This document shows, one piece after another, positions 51,757 through 64,000 of a stretch of DNA of 64,000 nucleotides. The first letter of the stretch is position 1. Each line of letters starts with the position of its first letter. Source of the DNA: Neocallimastix sp. 'constans'. Taxonomy: Eukaryota. The translations under genes were made by a program, and so were the position numbers. The notes beneath the pieces are model-generated. The model was not told where the DNA came from, searched no databases, and saw only the letters and a list, made by a program, of their open reading frames with translations. The stretch lies in assembly GCA_050613775.1 (NCBI GenBank), contig JBODTK010000110.1:248001-312000 (forward strand), written 5' to 3'.

Positions 51757-53768
51757 ATGAATGTTAACAATGCTTTGTATTCAGCTGAGCAAGTTATTGA
51801 TAGAAGTATAATTCGTTCAGGAGAAGGCCATGGAGGGTTGGTTTATATATATATGTATAAATTCATTTATAAATAATTAATTGAATTTTAATCATTTTTT
51901 ATTTAGAGAAGAAAAACAAGAAAGATTTAGAAAAACGGCCATGGCGATGCAAGAGATTATTTCAAAAAAGTTATATAAAGCTAAACATTCAACAATGGAA
52001 CAATATTTTAAGGAAGTTTTTAAACTTTCAAGAGCTTCTGTTTATCGATTCGTCGATGCATCAAGAGTTCTTAATGTAAATATTTTATATGAAATATATA
52101 ATTATAATACTTCTATTTTTATAATTAAAAATATTATTTATATTTATTTTTTTTAATTCGTTATAATAGCAATTGGAAGGCTTCCATATCTTACCATTTG
52201 GGGAAAGACAATGTAGAACACTAAGAAGATGTACAAAAGATTTACAAACCATAAGATTATTATGGAGTACAGTTTTAAATAAATATGGTGAAGATCCTTC
52301 ATTAATTACAAGTACTATTATTCAAAATATATGGGATGAAATGTTAGAAAAAAAACTTGTTGATCCTTCAAAAATTTCGACCATAAAATCAAATAATAGT
52401 TCAGGTGATAAAAATAATAAAAATAAGAAAGATATTAAGACAACTCAAAAAAGTACAATAAATAACAATATGTCGTCAACTAGATCATCTCAAAACAGTA
52501 CTAATAATACTTCAAAACTAATGATTCCTTCATCTGGATCCTCCTCAAATATAAGTGATATCTCTTGTATGAATCAAAAATTTATTCCATCATATAGTAG
52601 TACCGCAACTTTGGTAGATAGTAGTAATAATAATACTTTATCTGATATAACTAGTTTACAAATTGATGATCCTGCAGCATCAATTTATACAATAACTAAT
52701 TGTAATAATCAAAGCTATTCAGTAACATCCCAAACACAAAGTCCATTAAATAAAAATAACAATTCAAGTTATACTAATTTTACATCTTCACTACAATCAA
52801 ATTCAACATTAGTAGCTACTCCAACGTCTACCGCAGTTAGTATATCTCATGTAACAAATAATGGTTCATCATCTAATATGAATATCAGTTCATCATCTAT
52901 GACAAATATTAATAATGTTAATAATAATAGTCAAGTATTAAATGAAAACTATATTAGCTCCAATGTTATAAATTCTAACCCAACTATTAACGCTTTAGGA
53001 TATTCACTGACAAATCAAAATTATATGGCAAGTTCAAATAGCTATTCAAATTCAAGTTATTCTGCATCAAGGTTGACACCAAATTTCCAGAGAAGAATAC
53101 CAAATAATTCAACGTCATCAATAACAACTTCAACACCTTCTTCAACTAATCTATATTATCAAAATTTTCAATATTCAAATACAAATGATATTTCAGGTAC
53201 TAATTCTGAAAATTATATTACTAATGATCGTTTTGGAAATGTAAATGTTAATTACTCCGCACAATTTAATGATTTTATAAACTTTAATAATTACCCCTCT
53301 TATAATCAAAATACTTATTATACTCAAAACCAAACTCAAAATTCTCAATGTGAAAATCATTATTCTAATTATACGACAACATCAGGTTCAACTTCTCTTT
53401 TTTCATCTTCAGAAGTACCATATCAATGGTATGGTAATGAAAAAGCTAATCAAGATATCAATCCTTCCACACAAAAGTATTTTACATCTGCTTCTTATTA
53501 TTCACAATTAAGAATGCTAAATGGTAATTCAGAAAATATAGCATCTTACCAAAATCAAAGAGTAATTCCAAATAATTATCAAATACCCTATTCCGTTGAT
53601 TCATTAAATAATGTCGATAATCAAAATAATTCTAATAGAAATATGAATATCAGAAATATAAATATTTCAACTGATAATAATAGATTAAATAACAACAACT
53701 CATATATAAATAACTATCCATGTACTGTTTTTGGAATTGTAAATTCCCAAAATAATATAATACAGTAA
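51757..53768 (+). CDS. Putative DNA-binding protein: N-terminal prokaryote-type (ParB-HTH-like) domain plus long Ser/Asn/Thr/Tyr-rich tail; 3 exons (51757-51836, 51907-52075, 52170-53768)
   Basis: Spliced N-terminus LYSAEQVIDRS..RFRKTAMAMQEIISKKLYKAKHSTMEQYFKEVFKLSRASVYRFVDASRVLNQLEGFHILPFGERQCRTL..LWSTVL..ITSTII; both introns are GT-AG and keep the frame. Confidence 0.75.
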
Positions 53769-54403
53769 CTAATTTAATATATTATTCAATATACTATTAT
53801 ATAATAAATTATAAATAATATATGTTATTATCTTGAATTTAATAAAATATATATATATATATGATTATTGAAAATTAATATTATATATATATAGAAATAA
53901 TTTTATAGATAAATTATTATTATTTTTAAAATTATAATTGTACAAATTTTATTTTAATATATTTTATAATATATAAAATAATTTAGAATAATATTATTAT
54001 TTATTATTTTAATTCTATTTTAATTCATTCATATAAAAATAGAAGATATAAAAATATATATTTTTGAAAAAATTTATGAAATATTAAATTATCTAATTTT
54101 ATTGACTTAAAATTCAAATTTGTATATTAATACTACCACATATAATAATAATAATAATAATAATAATTAAATGAATAAATAAATAAATTAAATTAATAAG
54201 TGAATAAATAATAAATAATTGATAAACAATAAAAAAGTATAAAAAAATATAAATTTATCTAATATTTATTGATATATTTATTTATTGAATAAATAATAAA
54301 TAATTAATATATAACAATAAAAAAGTATAAAAAAACACAAGTTTATCTAATATTTATAGATATATTTATTTAAAAGTATATTATGCATATATTAAAATGT
54401 TAT

Positions 54404-57400
54404 TTAAATTTTATGATTAGTTTTTAACCAGTCAATTACATAATCTTTCCATTTTGAATCGTAAATCTCAGTATCCTCACTATCTGAATATATATCATAC
54501 AAACTCTTGAGTTGATCAACAGAGCTTGATGTTTTTTTAGATTTTCCTAAATCGATAGTTTTATACTTTTTAAATGATTTAGATGATTTGTTAATACTTT
54601 CTGTACTACCGTTAATCTTCGAAGTATCTTCTGAAATTAAATCCATGAAATGTCTACTTTTTTCTTGAATATCTTCCCAAATAATATTTAATTCTGAATT
54701 TAATTGTTTTTTCTGATCTTCATCAATAATATCGTTATCAATAGCTTTCCTTAAGTCTGATATTATTATGAAATTAATAATACTTGCTGGATCAATATCA
54801 TTACCAAAGAATTTTCTTAATTTCTTCAATTTTGCTTTGTTTATTTCTTTTGAATTTTCTAAATCATCATTATTATCAGCTGATATTATACTTTCTCCAT
54901 CAAATTCTGATACAATATCCATAACATCAGCAATTTCTTTATCATACGCAAACATCATTGAGAGAGAAATTATTGAATTTCTATGCTTAATAAAAGCATT
55001 ATTATTTTTAGGATTATTACTTGAATTAAGATTTATCATCATAGTTGGTGGAACAGTTCCAAATATATTTTCCAACTTCTTACATCTATTTTTAATGTCT
55101 CTTCTTTCATATTCTGTAAATATGCCTTTTTCGATTTTATTTTTTTTTTCAATTTCATTTCTTTTAATTTTAAGTTTCATTAAAGTATTTATATCAATTG
55201 TTTCACCAAAAACATGATGTAATTTTTTCATCCTTCTTACTTGGGTCATATTTCCTTTGTTAGAATCAAGTCCAGAATCACTATTTGAATCATTTTCTTC
55301 TTTATCATTAGTATCATCTTTTAATTCCTTATCACTATCTAATTTTTCTCTAAATGATATAGATTTTGGTAAAGGATGTAAAAATTCGTTGGTTGTATTT
55401 GCGGCATCTATCACTGAACAAGTTAATTTTTCATCAATTACTGTTCCTAAAATAGAGTTTATTTTATTAGTTCTTCTTGTCATCATTTTTCGTTGAGAGT
55501 TATCCATAAAGTTTTCTGTTTTTGGTAATTCTTCATTACTAAAAAGACTTTGATTTTTATTAAACTTTACAGTTCCTTTTGAGTTAAATAAATTATTAAT
55601 ATTAGATAAACAATCAATTGATGGACTTTTATTATTTAACTTCAGCGTATATAAACCGTTTTCTCCAATTTCATTTTGTAATGCTTGTTGTTCATATAAT
55701 TGATTTATTTGAACTTTATCACCGAAAAATTGTTGTAATTTATCTGCCTTTTTCTTCATTATATATATAGAACTATTTTTTAATTCTTGACTATCTTCTG
55801 TAATATATTCATCATTATCAATCTCATTTGCTTTATACTTATTCAAGCCATATATATCTTCAGATGATAAATATTGTAAACTCTCAATTTCAGAACTTGA
55901 ATCATCATAGAAAATTCTACTTGAACTGTTCAACTTTTCATTTGAAGATTCTGCATCATCATCATTAAAAATCAATGAATCATCAATTTGAAGCTTATTT
56001 GAACTATTTAATGCTGAATCTTTAATATTTAAATTCATTGTAATAGAAAATATTTGCTTTTTAATTGGATCAACACTTGGATTTTCACCAAAAAAGTTTG
56101 CCAATTTCTTTTCTTTTTCTCTTTTAACTTTCTTTTGTATTCTTCTTATCTTTTCTTTTTCAATAAAGTAATTTTTCACTAATTTTTCTTTAATTACTGG
56201 CAAATATACAATTAATACTTTGTATAAATATTTCGAACTATCTTCTCTTGATAATGTTAAATTTTTTTTTTCTTTTTTATTTTTTATTGCTTTTATTATT
56301 CCCTTATATTTATGAACAATTTTAATAAGAAAATGCATATCATGAGGGAACGATTCATCAAATACATTCTTTAAATTAAAATTATTATATTTTTCGATAT
56401 CTAAAATTCAAAAAAAAAAAAAAAACTATATGTTATTTATTTATTTATTTTTTATTTATTTATTTATTTATTTATATTATTAATTAAATTTTCATTGTTA
56501 ATAATACCTTTTTTTCTTGTATTTATTAAACTTTGAAACAAATTACTTTTTTCAAACTTTGCATAATGGAAGCACTGAATTGTGGAATATATTTCCTCTT
56601 GAATTTCATCAAATAATTCATTTGACATTGGATTTTCAGAATATTGAATAAAGAAATTTTTTCTTAATTCTTCACTTATATTTATTTTCAATGGAGCACC
56701 ATCAATTATATAAGTAATAATTAAATATGATATGTATATCTCTTTTAATTTTGGTTCAATTGTTTGATAACATTCTATATCTAACCAAAATAATACATCT
56801 TCAATAACAAGTTCTTTAATACAAAAGTTTAAAAAATACTGAAGACCAATTTTATTAGATAATATTTTTGATAATAATTCATCTGATTTTGAACTCTGTA
56901 TACTTTTGAATGTAAATCTTTCACTATCTTCATCATTTAATGGAACTATTATTGGTTGAATATTATCGATGTCAAAACTATCTGATCTTTCTATATCATC
57001 ATCAGTTGTAGCAATTCTATCTTGATTATCAAATGTGAATTTCGGTCTAATTGGTGTATTAACTATTCAAAAGTTTGAAAATAAAAAAAGTTAACTAATA
57101 TATACTTGAATTTACAAAAATATAAATTTTTAAATATATTTCAAATTTTAATTGTACCTTTGAAAACATTAAGACAATAAATTTCATCGCCCATACCAAT
57201 AACATCACCAATTATATCTGAAAATTGTAATTGTATCTTATTACTATCACATATACCTCCACATTCTAATGTAACAAAATTATCTTTAATGTCTTCTTTT
57301 AACAAAAATTTAAATGTATATTCCGCTTCAATTTGCTTAACTAAATATTCAATTGTATTATTTTTATCTACAGTCATTCCAAATTTCATGTTCTCTAAAA

Positions 57401-57641
57401 TAACAATTATATAAATGAATGAAGATATATGTTTTGATAAACGATTATACTGTGCTCCAATTGTTTTTGCTATTCTAATTCTTCTTTCATTTTCTTCGTC
57501 ATAAACTCCACTTAATGGTGAACTAATATTAGGTTGCATAGATAGTGAAAAAGGATTTGAAAATCTTCTTAATGGTGAAAGTTTTTTCTTTTCTGGAAGC
57601 TCTTGTTTTGACTTCCTATTAAGAATATCTAAATCATCCAT
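54404..57641 (-). CDS. RGS (regulator of G-protein signalling) domain protein with repeated KLxxFFG motifs; 3 exons (~57641-57158, ~57063-56508, 56400-54404)
   Basis: ILSNKIGLQYFLNFCIKELVIEDVLFWLDIECY..TYIIDGAPLKINISEELRK..LFDEIQEEIYSTI..YAKFEKSNLF is an RGS box. Confidence 0.85.
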
Positions 57642-58699
57642 TTTTTAACTATTTAACATTGAATATACATATTTTTTTTATTTTATCTTTTATATATTTG
57701 ATATTCTATTATAATTTTTCTTATTTGAACTTAGCAGGAAAAAGTTCAATGCAATTTCCAATTTTTAAGTAATAATTGATTCAATATAAAAATATATATA
57801 TTTATAAATTTAAATGATAATAAAAATGTAAAAAAATTTAGGAAAATAAATAATATATTAATTGAAAAATTTCAAATTTATATAATATAAAATTATGTTA
57901 TTTGAATTTAATTTATTTTTTAAAACGTTTATATAATAAAAGTTTAATTTAAAATTATATATAATATATATTATATATAATTATATTAATATATATTATA
58001 TATATTCTTAAAAAAAAAGTTCTATCTTAATTTTATAATTAATAGTATTATAATGTGCAAAATAATTTAATATTAATAAAACCTTTATAGTATTAAATAA
58101 TAAAGATTTGTATACAATATATAATACAAAATAAATGATAACCTACCCAAATTATTAAAAATATTATTAAAATTCTATTTTTTTTTTTTTTTTTTATAAT
58201 TACTATTATTTATAGTTATATTTGTTAATTATTATAAAATAATATTTATTAAAAATATTATATAATATTGTATGAAAAAAAAAAAAATAATAATTAATAG
58301 TAGTATTTTTTAATTATATATATAATAATATATTAATTTTTTTTTTTATTTAAATCCAAAATTAAAAATTTAAATATTTAACAGGGAGAATTATTAAAAA
58401 TATAAATAATTATTTTTCTTATGTCATAATAATAAATTAATAATAATAATATTTTAGTATTAAAAAAAACTTTATATAAGTATATATAAGTATATTATAA
58501 ATTTAAATTTGATTATTAATTAAAAAATTAACCACTTATTAGATAATGAAAAAATAATTATAATTATAAAAATTAATTTATATTATAAACTTTAAAATAA
58601 TAAAATTATTATTTTTATATATTATTTATATTTATATATTTTATTAATTTTAAAAATTTTTTTCTTTTGTTTTATAATTTATAAAATTTGTATGGTATT

Positions 58700-58833
58700 G
58701 TAAATTCAAAAAATATGAATTATTTATTATTTATAATTGGTAAATATATAAATTAATTATAATAAGTAAATTCAAAAAATATGAATTATTTATTATTTAT
58801 AATTGGTAAATATATAAATTAATTATAATAAGT
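58700..58833 (+). repeat. Exact 66-bp tandem duplication upstream of the CE4 gene
   Basis: GTAAATTCAAAAAATATGAATTATTTATTATTTATAATTGGTAAATATATAAATTAATTATAATAA occurs at 58700 and 58766. Confidence 0.9.
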
Positions 58834-59078
58834 CAATTTTTAAAAATTATCGAAGTTACAAATTAAAAAGTTTCAAAAAATTTTTAGATACTTTATAATA
58901 TAAAAGATAATAATTATATTAAAAATAATAATTATAAAAATGAAATATATAAATACAAAGAATGTATTTTATTTTAATATTTTTAATTTTAGAAAGTTTT
59001 TAAATTATTTTTATAATTAAGTAATAATTCATTTATCAAAACAATTTTTAATAAAAATTATAAGGTAAATAATTGAAG

Positions 59079-60407
59079 ATGAAAATTAGCAATATAATAA
59101 ATGGACTTTTTATAAATGGTAAGTTTTATAAATATCATAAAACTCTTCAATAATAAATATAAAGTTTTTATATAATTTTAATTTCAAAAAAAAAAAAAAA
59201 AAATAAAAAAAAAATGAAAATATAGTTGGAATTGCTTCTTGTTCAAAAATATTTTCATGCACAGAAAATAATACAATTGCTTTAACTGTAAATATTTACA
59301 TGAATTCAAAATATATTATATTATGTATAAATTACTTATGAATTTTATTACATGTAAAAATTATGAAATTATATTTATATATATAATAATTTATTCATTA
59401 AAAGTTTGATGATGGTCCATATGAATACACAGCTGAATTACTCGATATTTTAAAAAAAAAAGAAATAAAAGCCACTTTCTTTATTAATGCAGGTTTATAT
59501 TAATTTTATAATATTTATATATGTAAAATAAAAATTTTTATACAGTAAATTCATTTTTTTATTAAAAAAAAAAAAAAAAAAAAGAAAATTACTGGACAGA
59601 TTTACCAACCGATAAAGCTAAACAAGAAATTATAAAAAATCAATACTCTGCGGGTCATCAAGTATATAAATACCATAAATATAGAATAATATGTATATAT
59701 ATTTATTAACTATTAACCAAAATAAATAAAATTAATAAAAGATTGCTTCACACACATGGTCACATGAAATTCCGTCATCAAATAATGAAATTAAGGAAAT
59801 GATGAAAAAATTTGATGACTTTTTAGAAGATGTTATTGGAAAAAGACCAAAATACTTTAGAGCTCCTCAAGGAAATTGTGATGATAGTTGTATCAGTTAT
59901 TTTGAAGAATTAGGTTATAAAGTTATTCAATGGGATACTGATACTAATGACTGGAACAAATCTAAAGGAGTTGAAGAAAGAGTAAAATTAGTAAAAAAAT
60001 TCCTTAAAAAAGAATGGGCTGAAGAAAAAGACAATTACTTAGTTTTAATGCATGATGTTCAAAAACATACAGTTAAAGAAATTATGCCATGGATAATTGA
60101 AAATGCTCCATTTGATAAATATAAATTTGTAACTGTTGCTGAATGTTTAGGTGATAAGGATGGTATGTATATTTCAGGAAAAGATGCTCAAACTGAAGAC
60201 GCTGTAAATAATGTTGATGCAGACACTAACTCAAATAATAGAGAAATTGGAGATAATCTACAAAATGTTATACCAAATAATGATGATACAAATAAATCCA
60301 ATTTAACAAGTTCTGATGCTGTCAATTCTTTCAAAAATGTAATTTATACTGTATTAATTGGATTTATTCTATTATATATTTCATATAGTATTATGGTTAA
60401 TAACTAG
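59079..60407 (+). CDS. Carbohydrate esterase family 4 (NodB) chitin/polysaccharide deacetylase, secreted, with C-terminal hydrophobic/GPI-like tail; 5 exons (59079-59118, 59226-59287, 59405-59492, 59585-59661, 59742-60407)
   Basis: IALT|FDDGP, ATFFIN, GHQ|IASHTWSH, FRAPQG, DTNDW, LMHD, VTVAECLG. Confidence 0.93.
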
Positions 60408-60894
60408 ATTTCATATAATATATAAACTTTCTATAATAATAAATTTAAAATATTATATAGAGATTATTTAATGAAATATAGATAACTATAAATTTGTAAT
60501 AAAATATTGATAAAATATATTTAAACTTTAAATAATAAAAAATGAAATTTTAAATATAATGATTAAATTTATGTAATATAAAAAAAATTTTTTTTTTCCG
60601 TTTTATTATTATTAAATTTGAGATTTTACTTAAATAAATTTACAAATTATTTATATATTTATTTAAATAAATTATTTATTAAAAAGTTTATTAAGAAAAA
60701 ATCTTCTTAATTATTTCAAAAATTTTATTTATTTCTATATATATGTATATTTATATATATATATATATATTTTTGAATATTTATATATTTTAAATAACGA
60801 CTTATAAATAATGAATTGATAATAATAAATCTATATATGCTTAGAAATTTGAAGCATATATATTTTTTTTAAAAATTAAAAAAATAATTCAATC

Positions 60895-61048
60895 TTAAAT
60901 TAAAAATTTTAATAGAATCAATATAAATGATAATATTATCATATTATTAGATTTATATATTGAAGAAGAAGATTCATAAATAAGATTTCCTATATCATTA
61001 TCATCATCATTTATAACAGTACTATTCCAAAAGTTATCAAAATTGAAA

Positions 61049-61128
<80 letters not shown>

Positions 61129-62192
61129 ATTATTAATATTATTATTATTTATGGTATTATCTGTACTATTAGCATTAGTTTTATTATTAATTTTAGAATC
61201 TAAGGTTTGAATAGAAGTTTTTGTTACGGAAATTGTTGTAGTTGTTTTAGTTCTAACAGATGAGTTTGATATAGTATAATTTGATCGATACATTGAAGAC
61301 TTATCCCCTAAGCATTCTGCCACAGTAATAAATTTATATCCTTCAGGCTTATTCTCAATTATCCATGGAACAATTTCTCTTACTGTATGTTCATATACAT
61401 CATGCATCAAAATTAAATAATTACTTCTTTCGTAATCCCATCTTTCCTTCAAAAAATTTTTTGCCATTCTCACTCTGTAACTAGTACCACTTGATGTATC
61501 CCACTAAATTATTTCATTATATTTATTAAATAAAAAATATTAGATTTTAATTATAAAGTTTTAATAAAATTATTATGTATATATATTTATTTATTTTATT
61601 TATATCATAACGAAAATTTATATAATCTCGAAATAATAATAATAATTATAATAATAATCATAATAAACATGCATCATTAGTATCAGTATCCCATTGAATA
61701 AGGTTATATTTTTTTTCCTCTAGATATTCAATACATTTATCACCACATTCTCCTTTTGGTGCTCTAAAGTAAGTAGGTTTATTGCCAATAACTTTCTCAA
61801 TCCAATTATCAGTTTTTTCCATCATTGTGTTAAATTCATCATTATCGCTAGAAATATAATGAGCCCAAGTATGAGAAGCAATTTGATGGCCACTGTCATA
61901 TGCTTTTTTTATTATCTTTTGCTTATCCTTATTAGTTGGTAAATCTTTCCAGTAATTTTCTGTTTCAATAAAATATATATTTTTTAATTAATTGAATTAA
62001 ATATTTATTATTTTAACTTACGTATAAATTTGTATCTTTTACATATTTTTATACACAAAACTTACCAACATTAATAAAGAATGTTGCTTGAATACCATTT
62101 TTATTTAGTAATTCAATTAATTCTTCAGTATATTTATATGGACCATCATCAAACTAACATTTTTTTTTATCATAATATTAATATATTTAGAA

Positions 62193-62227
<35 letters not shown>

Positions 62228-62485
62228 AAAAATTTTTAAATTATATAGTATTTATTGTTATTTTAAAGATCATCAAATATTTACTGTTAAAGCAATTGTC
62301 TTATCTACTTCACAGGAGAATATTTTTTTTGCTAAAACTATTTGAGTATATTTATTAATAAGATATCATATTAATTATTAGTATTATTAAAATAACTCTT
62401 TATTATTGATATTTATATATTTATTAAAAAATATACCAATTGATGGAATAACAGATAATAAGTAAAAAATATTTAAAAATTTCAT
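60895..62485 (-). CDS. Second CE4 chitin/polysaccharide deacetylase paralog with signal peptide, Thr/Asn-rich stalk and hydrophobic C-terminus; 5 exons
   Basis: MKFLNIFYLLSVIPSI|VLAKKIFSC..IALT|FDDGP, GHQIASHTWAH, FRAPKG, DTND|W, LMHD, ITVAECLG; poly-Asn encoded by (AAT)n. Confidence 0.93.
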
Positions 62486-63255
62486 TATTTTTATTATATA
62501 TATTTTTTTATAATAAATATTTTATTTAAATACCAAAATTTTTTAAATTTATTTTTATGGTGTATTTTTATATTTTTCAAATATATATATATATATTTAA
62601 AAATAATATTTAAAATAAAGCAAATAAAAATAATAATCTACATATTTAATATTTATATTTTTATTGTATTTAATATATTTTTATATTTTTATTATTTTTT
62701 TTTTATTTCGAAAAAAAAAAAAAAAAAAAAAATAAAAATAAAATAAAAATTATATATATATAATAATTTTTAAAGTTCAAATTTAAGTTTTAATAATTAT
62801 TTTAATATTTAATTGTGACCGTGACAATAAATGAAATTTTAAAAGAAATTTTGAAATTACAAATTAATAAATATATATTAATATTATAATTTTTAACATT
62901 TAAATTTTTAAAATAATCATAAAAAAACAAAAGTTTATTTTTCAACAAATATTACATATATTATTATATATATGATCAAAATGATTATTTGATTATATAT
63001 CTAATTTTTTGAATGTAAATATATGTATTTATCATATATATATATATGTGAAATATATATTTTATTATTTTTAAAGTTTAAAATAACATTTTATTATAAG
63101 GATTCCAATAATGTATATTTCTATTTAAAAAAAGAACCACAATAAATTTAACTTTAAATTTTAGGTGAAAATTCCTTTCATATTTTCAATAAATAAAATA
63201 AACATTATATAAATTTATATCGATAATTTTATATTTCTTATTTATATCAAAAAAT

Positions 63256-63309
<54 letters not shown>

Positions 63310-64000
63310 TGGTTTAATGATATTATTTATTTATTTATTTATTTCAATTCAATTTAATAATCTTAGTATTATAATTGTTAACAAATACAATAAATAAAAA
63401 TAATTTAAACTAAATATTTTTTAAACTCTAATTATAATTTTTATAAATACAATTTTTTGATTAATAAGAATTTTTCTTTATGTCTCTGTATCATTTAATC
63501 TTCTTTATTTCCTTTTTTTTACTTGTTTTTCTTTATTTTATATTTTTTATATTGTTTTTCAATTTTATTATTATATTAATTATTTTTATTGTTAATTAAG
63601 TATAATCAGATATTTACTATAATTAAAAATTAAAGATTTTCAAACATGAGTGGTACAATCAACTTTATAAATATAATCTTGAATAAATGAAGAGCATCAT
63701 ATTTTATGACAATATCTGATGAAATATCTAAATCATTAGCAATTCAAATAAAGCAACTTCAATTACTTATACTACTATTAAATTTCCTCGAAACATCAAT
63801 GCAGTATAACAATTTACTTAAAATAACTAACCATATAAAAAAACAGTTCAAAAATTAAGATTAAAAGAATGAATGTTGACTTTTGTGATACTTATTATAT
63901 AACAGTGAAAACAATTGTTGTTTGACCAGCTAATTATTTAATGAATAAGTTAAAATATTTTTATATTTGAATGAGAAAAATAAATAGAATTGTATAATAA

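Overview
Extremely AT-rich, intron-rich eukaryotic DNA. The microsatellite load, short GT-AG introns, CE4 deacetylases and a flagellar LRRC43-like gene suggest an anaerobic gut fungus (Neocallimastigomycota); this is an inference. By manual splicing the window holds, in order: a microexon-rich TmcB/TmcC-like membrane protein running off the left edge (-); RalGAP-beta (-); PCNA (-); a decayed KRIT1/FRMD8-type FERM pseudogene (+); and a soluble adenylyl cyclase (sAC/ADCY10)-like gene (+). Next come a cluster of LTR remnants (two convergent chromoviral Ty3/Gypsy integrase fragments and a Ty1/Copia gag-protease fragment), a 17x40-bp tandem array, an intronless orphan ORF, and a GC-richer tRNA-headed SINE-like island. 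The right end has LRRC43 (+), a protein with a bacterial/phage-type HTH domain and a long Ser/Asn-rich tail (+), an RGS protein with six KLxxFFG repeats (-), and two tail-to-tail CE4 chitin deacetylase paralogs. The best leads are the sAC-like cyclase (non-adenylyl specificity residues, degenerate P-loop), the prokaryote-type HTH putative transcription factor, and the non-coding island at ~45 kb. All homology calls come from recalled motifs, not database searches.
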